Source: Podarcis liolepis (Eukaryota). From it: DNA of 64,000 nucleotides. The notes under the pieces were generated by a model. The model had not been told where the DNA came from. It was given only the letters and a program-made list of their open reading frames with translations, and searched no databases. This document shows, piece by piece, positions 27,301-38,841 of the stretch (position 1 is the stretch's first letter; every line of letters begins with the position of its first letter). The stretch lies in the NCBI GenBank assembly GCA_965112155.1, contig OZ218098.1. One strand, written 5' to 3'. The translations under genes and the position numbers were made by a program.

Positions 27301-28683
27301 ACAAAGGCTCCTGTTTACAAGTCTGGTCACAAGCTCCCAGAGGCTGCAATCAGCTAAATAGAACTGATAAACTTCATCAGATAAGCTTTGGTTGGCAAGA
27401 AGTCACAAACTTTGGCCTCCACATCTGGCAAATTCTTGCCAGCAGAAGTTATTCCACTAACATGTGGTAACTTTACTTGTTTGCTGTCTGATCCCTAAAC
27501 CTGTTAGTTCAGTTTAAAGGAATGAAATCTCAAGCAGGCATGCTTTAGGACATCACACTACTTGGGTTGAATCCAGGGATCTTGTGAGTGAAGTTGTGCT
27601 CATGGAAACTCCTGGCCTTGGAAGGAGAGGGGAGGAAGTCATCAGCAAGTTGCCACTCAGAACCTGTTGAGAGATAGAGGACTTACAGAGAAATGGTACG
27701 GGAATCTGCAGTGGAAAGCAGTCATTGGTAAAAATGTCCTTTCCTCTCTCTGTCAGTAGCAGCAGTCTCTATGTGATTACAAGGCTTTTGGCAAATGGAA
27801 GGAGCTCTTCCATTCATGAAAGGTATCCTCTGAACCCCAGCCAAGGCACTTTTGGGGTTCAGTTGTGGCTCCTGGGGGCTGCAGCTGTTCACATTTTCAG
27901 ACCTTTTCACTTTGTTCTTGCCTCGTTTTTTGTGCATAGTTGACACTCAGGTCATTTGCTCTACTTGGAGAATCTGAAAGTGCAATGTAGTTTGAAGTCT
28001 ACAGTGGGCTAGAAGCAGGAGGGGAACACCTATTAGCCTAGATTTGGCTTTAGAGAAGTAACAGCCTTGGAGATTTCTGTGTTGCTACAGTTTTACAAGA
28101 GCTTGTGTGCTAATCCCTTCAGGACTGCAGCATTTATCACCTACCACATAGGTGTTAAGCGCTGCTTTCTAGGGGAATTAGTGCTTCCTCTCTCAGCTGC
28201 TTTTCCACTGAAAAATAAGCAAGGAAAAAGGATGGCCCACAGAAGGAAAGCTAGAGAATAATCTTTTGTCTTTTTGTTTGTAGATTCTTCTTCTGGAAGA
28301 CATAGCTCATCAGGGTTTAATGTCACTTCCAGCTGGTAAGCTCAAAGAAAGAGTCATTCTTCAGAGGTATTGCTGCCACTTCAGAATGTGAAAGAAAGTA
28401 GGTCCCTTTTCCTCTTCCTGGGTAAACAGATGGTTTCCAAAAGAGTGCATATCATGATCAACAAAGCTTTGTTTATAAAATGGTGGTTGCCCCACTCCCA
28501 AAATCCTAGCTCCAGCTTTGTCACTTGTGGTTTAGGAGGCCTGCTTCATAAGGAGTGCCTCTCATCAGCTTAGACTGGTGCACCAGCTGTGACTTCTTCA
28601 GGACAGAGGTGGCCTGGCTGCTAACTTCTGAATTCACTGCTGTGTTTGAAGACAGTAATGTAGGAAATGGGGCAGGAGCCGGC

Positions 28684-28963
28684 CACTGGTGGAGGAACGG
28701 GAGTGCAGAGGGAGTGGACCACCCCCAGAACCACTATTCCAGTAGGGTGCCATCGCAGCGCCCCCCCCCGGACACGCGCTGTGCACCCCCCATGCACCAG
28801 GCACCACGCCCCCAGAATGTGACCATGCCCCTGCGGGCGGAGCGCCATGCCCTCACGGGTGACGTACCACACCCCCAGGATGTATGCCACACCCCGGGGC
28901 ACACGCCACCCCACCCCCGCCTGCTCACTGCCCCCAGTAGCGGAGCATGCAGCTTCGCCACTG
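28684..28963. mobile_element. GC-rich non-autonomous hAT element
   Basis: Imperfect TIRs CACTGGTGGAG and CTTCGCCACTG; 8-bp TSD GAGCCGGC/GAGCAGGC; CpG-rich interior. Confidence 0.8.
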
Positions 28964-29419
28964 GAGCAGGCACCCATCAATTGGTATTTGCAAATACAGC
29001 ACATCATAACAGACTTATTAAGATTATTTGCTGTACTAAGAAAGTAATCCAATGGTACAGTCTGCCAAGATGAGCAGCTTAAGATGCAGCAGATCTCCCA
29101 AGAGACACCAATGTCATTTGCTCATCCCAGTTTAGTGAGAGCTCAAGCAGTGTATGTCCCCCAACCAGGGTATATTGGAAGTGTGATGTGGCAGGGAACA
29201 AGAGAGGCAGGACTTGGGCTAGATTTTAATCCTGTTCAGCTCAGTCACATGACCTGGCAACCAAGCGTACAACACTGTTTTAAATGCTTGCTTTTCTTCT
29301 GCTGGGCTTTGGGTTTGTTGGGCTGCTGCTGAATGGCGTTTGTATCTCATGTAACTTTATGCCAGCTTCTTGTACATAGGAGTGTGTTCCCTCAGAAACA
29401 GCATAAGATCTGAAGTATT

Positions 29420-29830
29420 AATTTCAAAAAGTGACAGGTCCAAAGTAAATTTAGGAGAAATCTATAAAATAATTACAGAACTGGAATCATCACAACAAAT
29501 CTATTCATCAAAATGGGATGCAGATATGTCTAGCAACATATCTCAGCGAAATATGGACATAGATCTGGGAAAAAATGTTTTCAAACTTTGTAGGATCTTA
29601 AAATAAAATTTCTATAAAATCATGACTCGGTATCTGACTCCAGACTGACTAAAATATACCCAATAATAAATCAATACTCAAGATTCAGAAAAGTCCAAAC
29701 ACAAACATTTATTATATAATTTTGGAATGCCCAAGTTTTAAAATTATTTTGGGAGTAAGTATTAAGAGAAATAAATAATTTCCTAGGTCAATATCTTCCA
29801 ATAGTAGTATATTTTAAAATATCTCTTAAG
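29420..29830 (+). mobile_element. Decayed L1 LINE ORF2 C-terminal fragment
   Basis: A-rich; broken translation GEIYKII...SKWDADM...K*NFYKIMTR-YLTPD*LK...WECP...FWE*VLREINNFLG, resembling the cysteine-rich end of non-mammalian L1 ORF2. Confidence 0.75.
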
Positions 29831-30302
29831 AGTCTTGTTCCACCCCACCCACCTTTGTGGAGATCCCATTAGAGAGAAGGGGAAAGCAAAGCAGCAATAA
29901 CAAAAACCCCAAACAGCTTTACAACAGGTCATTCTGCAGTGCTAAGCAATGTTAATCTAAAGGCAGATTTGGAGTGGGAGATGCTGCAGTCCAACTGTTC
30001 CTGGTGCTCAGCGGATGTGTTGATTCATTGCCCCAAGTCAATCTCTGCTACCCCAAATACAGATAAAGAAGCTGAATACCAAAACGCATTGCAAAGCGAT
30101 CACCCTAATCAATCCAAGCCCACTCCTATGGTGCCCACAATTTACATGGAATAGCTTCATTTAGGTGCACCCTTAGCCACACTTACTTGGAAATAAATAG
30201 TGACTGGATTTCACTTGTGTCTAAACTTGCATATCACAAGGGTATAAATGTGAAGTGGCTTTTCAAAAGAAAGATGTTGTCGCTGCCTGTAGTAGGACAG
30301 GT

Positions 30303-30707
30303 ATAGGAATAAATGAAGCCTTTAAACCAAGTCAGACAACTGGTCCATCTAGATTGTCAGACTGGTAAGAGCTTTCCAGGCCTCTTTCCCAGCCTCCCAC
30401 CCGGAGGTGATGACAATTGAATATTGCACCTTTTGCATGTAAACCATATGCTCCACCACTGACTTACAACCCCTTCCTTTAATATGTTGCATACAGCAGC
30501 ATAGTTTCATCTTGCCTGGCATCTCTAGTTACAAAAAAAAAACAAAAAAAAACCCACACACCCCAAGTTAGGTAGTAGGCAATGAGAAAACCCTTTTCCT
30601 GAAATACTGGAATGCTGCTGCTGCTGCTGCTGCTAGTCCATGTACTCACTGCTGGTGTGGATAAACAAACAGATTGGCCTTGAATAAGGCAGCTTCTGAT
30701 GTTCCTA
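30303..30707. mobile_element. Two decayed Squam3-like SINEs, head-to-head (30303-30478 minus; about 30560-30707 plus, with a (GCT)n expansion)
   Basis: GGTCCATCTAG...GACTGG and TTTTGCATGTAAA...TGCTCCACCACTGA on one side; tail TAAGGCAGCTTCTGATGTTCCTA on the other. Confidence 0.55.
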
Positions 30708-31019
30708 ACAGCAGCTTAATCTGGTGAAGTTTCTAAAAGCATAAATATCTGCTCTACCCAGTCTTCCATTCATAAAAGAGATCACTGGAGGCTTATTTAC
30801 TGATTTTATATTATTTAACAAAACATTTATACCACTAGCTGGAACAAAAAAAACAAAAACAAGCTGTTTTTATCCCCCCCTTCAATATTTGGGATAGTTA
30901 CAATTATGAAGCTGTCCCATAATGCAGCTCTCCACAGCAAGCCACCCCTTTGCCTCAGATGCCTTGAGCTGTAGCTACCCTCTTTGCCTCTTTGTTCTTT
31001 TCTCCAAACTACAGTTTCT

Positions 31020-31214
31020 TAAGAACATATAAATCTGCCTAAGGTTGAGTCAGATCCTTGTTCCATGTAGCTCAATATTGTCTACACTGACAGGCAGTAG
31101 TTTTCTATGGGATTTTTGGTGAGTTGTCACCCAGCCATACCTCATGATGCTGGGGATTAAATTAGGGACCTTCTGTTTGCAAAGAAGGTGCTTTACTAGT
31201 TAGCTACAGCCCTT
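31020..31214 (-). mobile_element. Squam3-like tRNA SINE, decayed
   Basis: Minus strand begins GGGCTGTAGCTAACTAGTAAAGCACCTTCTTTGCAAACAGAAGGTCCC and contains TCAGTGTAGACAATATTGAGCTA. Confidence 0.7.
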
Positions 31215-31295
31215 ATCCACACACAGACCATTAAATTCTAGGAACAGCAGCTGGTGAGGATGGGTGAGAAAGGATGAGTCCATCTTCTTCAAAAG

Positions 31296-31544
31296 CAGGG
31301 GTCAGCAAGCTTTTTCAGCAGGGGGCCAGTCCACTGTCCCTCAGACCTTGTGGGGGGCTGGACTATATTTTTTGGGGGGAAATGAACAAATTCCTATGCC
31401 CCACAAATAACCCAGAGATGCATTTTAAATAAAAGGACACATTCTACTCATGTAAAAACATGTTGATTCCCGGAATGTCCATGGGCCAGATTTAGAAGGC
31501 GATTGGGCCGGATCCGGCCCTGGGCCTTAGTTTGCCTACCTATG
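31296..31544 (+). mobile_element. hAT MITE, about 250 bp
   Basis: Termini CAGGGGTCAGCAA and TTTGCCTACCTATG; 8-bp TSD TTCAAAAG/TTCCAAAG with one mismatch. Confidence 0.9.
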
Positions 31545-31924
31545 TTCCAAAGGGTTTCACATTTCAGCAATTATCTCTGTAAGGTCCTCCAACCTTTGCT
31601 CCCACAGAGGAAACATGAACAGCCATCCTAGTAATTTGCTTAACAAGAGATAATAGACAGCGACATTCATCATAACTCTATTGTCACCTTCTGATGTCTG
31701 CACATCAACCTGCCATTAAAGCTACAGGGGCAGTTCAAAAGCTGGCAGTCCCTTTTGGATGCTTCACACTGAAAGGGACAGTGATCACCAAACTGCCCTC
31801 CTTGCCCTTTCCACCCTGGCAACTTCAGAGGCAATTGTGACAGCAGCCTCCATAAACTGCTGTACAGCCACCGTCAGCAAAGCTTTTTCTATATTATTTA
31901 ACAAACCACAAAATAATCTGTGAA

Positions 31925-32410
31925 AGATAAATTGGTTTCCTTCTTAGGAAAAAAAGAAAGAAAAAAGAACAACCACATTTTTACCTTGTAGACACCAATT
32001 AACAATCTGTAAGATTCAAAAGTGGAGAAGGAAAAATTGCTTGCTTCATTGACTTCAAAAACAAAAAGTGTTTTGACTCCATCTGGAACACAATAATCAT
32101 AAATTACTACAAAGTGGAACCTGAGGGGAAAACATGACTTCTTCAAAATCAAAGTACAAAACAAGGCAAACAATGGGAAAGCATAAAATATTTTTTAAAA
32201 GCAGGGTGGGGGGAAGCCAACAGAATTCTTCAAAGGAAGAGAGTAATGTATAAAATTCAAACCATATTCAACTTGATATATCAGTGACTTACTTATCTTA
32301 ATAAGTGAATACCTGAGACCTGAACATTCTCCAAGTAGGGTTCTCAACCGTTCAGAATAAACCAAAACAGACAAAAAAAATACAGTCTTGTCTTTCAGCA
32401 GCAACATAAT
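31925..32410 (+). mobile_element. Old non-LTR retrotransposon RT fragment (RTE-X-like)
   Basis: Ordered RT motifs across frameshifts: *IGFL (31928-31942), NHIFTL (31971-31988), GKIACFIDFKNKKCFDSIW (to 32086), KLLQSG (32101-32118), then TEFF and YISDL. Clade assignment is inferred from the motif wording. Confidence 0.75.
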
Positions 32411-33136
32411 CTGTGGAAATCAGCAGGCATGCTTAAATTTAGGGGGAGCCACCCATGTGAGTGTGTGTATGTGCTTGGTTTCGGGAGGGTGCCTGTCATG
32501 AATAATCTACTTGAGTGTTCTCTTAACAGCTGGAACAAAAAGTAAAAAACAGTTCATTTTAAGGTGTAAAGCTGGTGATACTGGTCATCGCGTGGCCATC
32601 GCTGTATTAATTATTGCTTTTGTTTTTAATTTAATGGGGGGAGGGATGCACAACACCAGTGCCCATTCAGTGAGTGACATACATGTGAGAGGCTGTGACC
32701 AGATCCATGCGACATGGATAAATCATCCATGTTGGTCATTGACTGTATTAAAGATATTTGAATTTGAATTTGAATCCAAGAAAATCATGCATCAAAGTTG
32801 TGAAAAAGGGAAAAGCCATAAACAGCAAGGTATTAAAAAGCTGAAAACTTTTGTGTACTTTGGGTTGTTTTTAATGGCTACTGTTGCCTGTTTCACAACT
32901 TTGATGCATTATCTTCTTGGATGCTTTATCTGTGTTATATAGGACATTAAATCTGTATGCATGGATCTGGTCACAGTCTTCCGCAAGCATCTACTGGAAT
33001 ATGGGAGCTGATTGCTCCTAATGCTCCTGTGTACACAGGGTGTTTGAGCAGAAAGGGACTTGAAAGAGTTTCAGCCAAATGTGCTTACAAAGTCTCCTTG
33101 TGACCAGGACTCCAATAATGCTGGATGTGCTTATAA

Positions 33137-33282
33137 GCCGGGATAGCTCAGTTGGTTAGAGCATGGTGCTGATAACACCAAGGTTGCAGGTTTGATTCCC
33201 CATATGGGACACCTGCATTTTCCTGCATTGCAGGGGTTTAAACTAGATGATCTTCAGGGTCCCTTCCAGCTCTATGATTCTA
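33137..33282 (+). mobile_element. tRNA-derived SINE with CR1-type tail (POM/Squam2-like)
   Basis: tRNA-like head GCCGGGATAGCTCAGTTGGTTAGAGC...GGTTTGATTCCC fused to a CR1 3' end (CTAGATGATCTTCAGGGTCCCTTCCAGCTCTATGATTCTA); TAAGCC occurs at both junctions. Confidence 0.85.
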
Positions 33283-36066
33283 AGCCTCCTTTATTGGACT
33301 GGAGAGGCACCCCCACTCATCTTTCCCGATTTTAACCCTCATGCGTTTGTTTTGCATGAATATGGCTAGGCGTACTTGGTGGTGGGTAATAACACTCTTT
33401 AACCTGTGTAGTGTTGACACACTCAGATATGACATCATTCACGCAACTAGTTTATCGTCCTGAATATGATACATAAATCACCTGCTGTCCCTTAAACAGG
33501 ATCACTATGGAAAGCGACTGATCTAGTTGATTGTACACCCATGGTATTGTCAGAACACATAGTTTCTTAGTTTTTAGCACTCTTAAGCAAGGCCTTTTCT
33601 TATTCTTAAGACATGACCTTAATTCTCAGTAACAAGAGGTAGGCCTTTTGCAAAGGTTCATGCGTTCCTTATCTCAAGGCAGGTTATTTGTCTTCCTTTT
33701 TGCTTAACCAAACAGCCAAGACAGTGAGAATCTCTTTCTGTGTGTTCTACAGCTTCCCTCCTTTAGAATGCCTCCTAAGGCAGACAATCAGTCAACCCTT
33801 CCCTTCAGAGCACACCAAGACACTTCTGCCATTAGTACTTCTGGCCAATGGACAGATGCCACCCAAGACTGCATGCAACAGCTGAGGTCAGAAATCTATA
33901 GAAGCAGTGGGATAAAGATTACCATTTCCTGCTTACAAACCGTGTGGCTTGCTATTACTGTACCTGTGTATGGGCCATTTCCTCCCCTTCCAAGATCTTA
34001 ATAAACATATGTTTTTACAAAGCTCATCATCACGATGTTTTACACTGTTGTTAACCACCATTAACACTAATTTTGGAAAGAGAAGGGCTGTTATTGACTG
34101 AATTGGAAAGGTTTCATTTGTAAGAAGGCAAATTGGAGAAGTCATGTGGGCAACAAGCTTGCAGCTGTTTGGTCATTTGTGATGCTTTGGATGTGTATCT
34201 GGACACCCTTTCCAAGATTTTTCAGGGCTGCTGAAATATGTTACCTGACTGCTGCTCCTACTGTCTCTTTGTTGTACAATGTGGGTGTAACTGGTTGGGT
34301 TGATCTCTTGCAAGCAACTGCAGTGGATAGTTGGGGTGCCAGTTTTTCAACTGGCATTTGTAGCTGTGTCTTAAACAGTGGCACAGTCTGTATAAATTAG
34401 CAGAGAAAAGGTTTTCACGAGTAGATATGGAGGTCGGCAAAGCAGGCACCTAATTGCCAGAATCAAGCTTTGGCAAAAAGCTAGAAGCAGTAGTATCAGC
34501 TGTAATTTCTTTTTGTATTCACTATAAGTCACAACAAAAGAAACAATGTCTGTTATGCAAGTTCCAGCGTTACACATAAAAAACCCTCACCTAAATATAA
34601 TAAGTGTGGATATCAGTAAAGAAACAGCTGTCTGTCTATCATCACACATCACCCACATAAGTATCAAGAAATCTGACACGGGGGCTGACTGAAAAATTGC
34701 CCCCCTTAATTGCTGAAAACTTCTCTGATTCAGAAGCGCCTCTATTAGCTACAGACAAAAACTAGTGGTACTAGGTTTATTCAGAGCTGGGAGTACACAA
34801 ACAAATGAGGTGGCACAATGGACTATACCATTTCAGATACAGTTTGTACTCCTTCCAAATAGAAAAAAAGCACAGCAGGAAAAGAGTTGTGTTACAACAT
34901 TCTTGTATGCTATTGTGTTGTTGCTTTTATTCCAACAGGATTTTTTTACAAACAAACAAACAAAAAACAACGGGAAGTAAAAAGTGGTACCCCTCACTTA
35001 CAGTATTGCTGTGGTACAATCCATACCTCTGAGCTCTACCACTTCATTTACCCTGTTGTGCAGGTCCATCCTGAGTACAGGTGCGCCATATGCAAGCACA
35101 GAGACCCTATTTTCCTCCTCATTATGACTTTATACAGGCAGGCAGGCAGGTGTCAGGAAGCGACACCCTGGAGTAACTGCTAGCCAGTCTTGTTGGGTGG
35201 ATGGGGACCTGGTCTGTGCTGTGCCCAGCAACAATATCTCGTCCCCTTCGGACCCAGGTAGTGCAGGGCATAGGTAGGGAGGCCAACAATCTGCAGGGCC
35301 AATGACAGGCCAAGTCAGCACACCCTAGCTTGGTGCCCCTCCTGTTCCCTGCTAGTTCCACACAGGCAAAATGGATCCTGAGGAGGAAGCTGGCAGCCAG
35401 GGCCGCCTTTTGGTTTGGAAGTAAGTCAGAACCCAGGTTGGCTGAGGGTCGGGAGGGCAGTGCCCCCTTTGCCTTAATGGACCAGTCTTCCTTGGACTCC
35501 TTTGGCAAAAGGATGGCTTTAAGCTTTTTAATGCTTTTCATTGCATGGTTTCATTTCTTTTTATTGCTGCTTTTGATTCGATGCACAGGGGCATACAAAT
35601 GTTTGTCTCTCTTTTTTTTTATAAACCAACAAATAAATAAAGGTTTCAAGGAAGGGTCGTTGTTGCCCCTCGCTCCCAAGACTGCCTCTGCAGCTGCGGG
35701 CGAGCAAGTGGCACCGGTGGGACTGCACTGCCGGGGGCCCAACTTATTACCTCAGCCCACTAATTTGCTCCCCTCCCCCCCCGCACGGAGCTCCAGGTGA
35801 GGAGCATTGTGGTGACGCTGCGGGGGGCGGGGCAAATGGCCCTCCTCTCCCCGAGAGTCTTTCTTAAAGTTCCAGAACTTGCCCTTTCTTCCCTTGGCTT
35901 GTGTTCTGGGGCTAAACCAAAGAGCTCCCTTGGGCGGCGGCAGCAGCAGCAGCCGCCCTGTCTGCGGGGCCCCCGCCTTCCCCCTCTCCCTCTGCCCCTC
36001 CTCCTGAGCTGAGCGTCCCCCCTGCCATTGATTCCTCTCGCCCTTCCTTGGCGGAGGCAGGTGGAC

Positions 36067-36084
36067 GGGCTGGGCTGGGCTGGG
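36067..36084 (+). promoter_or_regulatory. Canonical G-quadruplex motif GGGCTGGGCTGGGCTGGG
   Basis: Four G3 runs with 2-nt loops, about 40 bp upstream of the CCAAT box. Confidence 0.55.
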
Positions 36085-36159
36085 TTGGCTGGCTGGCTGG
36101 CTGCCGGCGGGAGCCTCTGCGCAGCCAATCGGGTGGCGGCGCCGTGGAGCAGCTGGCGC

Positions 36160-36331
36160 GTTGGGCCGGCGCGCCTTTCGCTCCTCGCTGTTCCCCTGCG
36201 AAGCGGCCGAGCGCCGGGCGGCTGTTGCACACGGGCGCCGGGCTATGGGTGCGCTGCTGCCGAGCCACCATCTTCCTCTGCCCGGGGAAGTGCGACGCCG
36301 CCGCCCACTTGGCCAGACCCAGGCGAGCCCG
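36160..36331 (+). other. First exon of an unidentified + strand gene (5' boundary approximate); 5'UTR, or 29 codons from ATG 36245 (MGALLPSHHLPLPGEVRRRRPLGQTQASP)
   Basis: Lies just downstream of the CCAAT box inside the CpG island and ends at a consensus donor CCG|GTAAGT (GT at 36332). ATG 36245 has good Kozak context (GCTATGG) and is open to the donor in phase 0. The peptide is not recognised. Confidence 0.65.
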
Positions 36332-38841
36332 GTAAGTGCGGAGCTGCTTCGCAGTCACGACCGGGGAGGCAGCCGCAGCAGCCTCCTCTTCGGCGCCGCC
36401 TCTTCTCGCTGCGCCCGTGCGGGATGCCAACTTGGGAGCAGGAGGGCGCGGGCTCTCCCCCTCGACCTGTTAGTTTCCCGGCCGCCTTTTCTTTAGGATC
36501 GCGAAGGGATCGGGCGGGGCAAGCCCTTGGACCTCCGGAGGCTGCAGTCCGGGTCTCGCTTACCTGCGCGTAGGCTCCATTGAACTCGGCAGGACTTACT
36601 TCGGAGTAGGCAGGCAGATAGGATCGCGCTATTCGTCTGCATGCTAATAACTGCGAGGAGGGTTGCGCTCTCCATACTGCTGACTTTTTTTGGGGGGGGT
36701 TGTGGTGGTATATCATTGCTTTCATTTCTTTTGCTTTGTTTTCAGCGCGCGTCCTCGGAATATTCAGGGAAGGTGTAAAATCTGTATTGCCTTTGTAGTG
36801 AACTGTCCGTGCACAATTGATCCAAAGGGCTGCGCTCTCGGGAGTGATCCAGCGAGCTCCCAGGACCGTTCATTTTCGTTTCTGACTCTTTTTTTTGGGG
36901 GGGGGGGCGTCAATCTGCATTGCGATTGTTCAGATCCGCAGCCCCAATACAGGAAAGAAGTTTGCGGGCGTCTGCGGAAGGGAACGTGATAGCAGCTGAT
37001 CCCTACATGAGATCATGTAGTCTGTTCCGTAGTCTTCACGTTGGCGAGGTAAAAACGACAGCGAACGGGAGTTGCAAAGGAGTCGCTGTAGCATCAGGAG
37101 AAACTGGCAGCGCGGTCCTTAGGTATGTTTTGGCCAGAAGCAGTTCCTAGAGTCCAATGACACAGAACTGCTCTGTAAACCAGCGCAAGATTGCAACAGA
37201 GCAATCCGAGGTATTAATTGGAAACCAAGCCCTCCTTTAATTCAGTGGGATTTAACTCTTAGCAGGCATACACAGGATTTGGTTGCGCACCTTTTGGCCA
37301 GGGTGTTTGAAGGACTTTGATCCCAAACACGCTTGCTAGGCAGTAAATCATCGCTGAACTCCGTGAGGCTTATTCTTGGGTAACGCGATTAGGTTGGGTG
37401 TGAATGTGCCTTTAAAGTGAAACTGCTTAGTTCAGTCATTCTGTCTCCCTATCTTAATTTCAAGCATGTCGCTGTATAAAAGGAGTTTCAGTATCTTGGG
37501 AATTATAAACACACTCGCCTAAAAACACACACAACCCCATCAACAATCTTCCTACTGCTTCAAGTACATTCATTTTCCTTGTAACACTTTTCTAGAGATC
37601 TTAAGAATGGGATCAGTTGCTTATCATTTCCTTGGAACAGATAGTCTCTTATCAACGTAGTTAAAATGCCTTGCAGGTTTGCTCTTTAGTATGTGTCTTG
37701 GTTGTATTTCATGGAGGGGGGGGGGAGAGATGTATTTTATTGGGAAAGTGATAGATGCTGTCATGGCATTTCTGAATGCATGCTATATTTTTTGATACTG
37801 TGTATGATTAAAATTTGGGGGGGGGGATCCAAGTAGTTTCCCCCTCCCTCCCTCCTTTAAGTGTGCCTCAATATTTTCACTGTGTTTTATTAACCATACC
37901 TGGTACAATGCGTGCGGTAAAACGTTTCCTGGTGTGTGTATGTGTGTTTCCAGGCAGTTGCTGAATGTCAAGATGATGAATTTATGTTTCAGATGTAGTG
38001 TCAAGGATAGCACAGGTTTGTTGGGTAACTAGAAGGCAGCTAATCTTCAGGGACATCCCTTTTGTGCTTTCTGGTACGTGAATCTAATAGCTGCTTTAAG
38101 GTTGTTCCATGGAAGAGGGGGGTTAGGAAACTTTTTCCCTTTCTAATAAAGGCAAAGCCTTTTATTAAGACTGCAAACTCTTCATTGTGAATGTGATTAA
38201 ATATATAGTCTTGGGAAGAAACCCCCCCCCCTGCATAAATTGAAGGTTTCTTTTTTTTCAAAAGTAGCTATCACTTTATTCTTATTGAGCTGTCATTTTT
38301 AAAATATATTTTTCATACTATGCTATACTTCTCTTTCCCAGTAAAATATGCTCACCCCTGAAGTTGTTTCCTGCACATTAAACCTGCATCATAACCCTTT
38401 TTATTTGTCTTTTCTGCATTCTTTGAAAGACTGAAATTGACCCTTTGAGTCAATGGATTTCACTGTTCTTCTTACCTGCATAACCCTTTGGTTTGGGTCA
38501 GCTATTGAAAAGCCATTACTCTTGGGGTTGATCAGGTCATCTTCACATTTCAGCTTCTTCCCCCAGTGTTCTGATAAATGCACCAAGGTCAAGCCATGTA
38601 GAAATTTGTTCTTTGATAAAGAGCAATTGGCAGCAATAGGTTTTTGATTCCAAGTCTTCCTTTCCCCCTTTATACTTCAAAACTCCAGGAGTAATCTTGC
38701 CCTTGCTGTAGGATCATTCTCTTCTTGTGTAGACGCTATTTGAAAAAGTTGGATGTTCCTAAAAATAATAAAATAAATTTACACAATTAAGAATACGGTC
38801 ATCTTGTAGTCACTAAGCTTAGCTGAACTCTGTGAGGCTTA

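Larger units (their letters stand above)
35680..37130. promoter_or_regulatory. CpG island promoter, possibly bidirectional
   Basis: Abrupt rise in GC and CpG against an AT-rich, CpG-depleted background. Contains the NF-Y-type box AGCCAATCG (CCAAT at 36125-36129), Sp1-type GGGGCGGGG near 35824-35832 and GGGCGGGG near 36511, and a YY1-like CCACCATCTT near 36266. Confidence 0.9.

Noticed and set aside
26856-27470. 204-aa + strand Cys-rich ORF, the longest in the track
   Set aside because: It is the antisense reading of a decayed CR1 ORF1, with no domain or splice support.
28555-29073. 172-aa and 143-aa ORFs
   Set aside because: They span a GC-rich hAT element with TIRs and an 8-bp TSD.
33137-33210. 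tRNA-Ile(GAT)-like gene
   Set aside because: The B box is degenerate, the acceptor stem is poor, and the sequence runs directly into a CR1-type tail, so it is a SINE head.
35760-36725. Overlapping 95-181 aa ORFs on both strands
   Set aside because: Expected from stop-codon scarcity in a CpG island; Ala/Arg/Gly/Pro-rich with no recognisable family.
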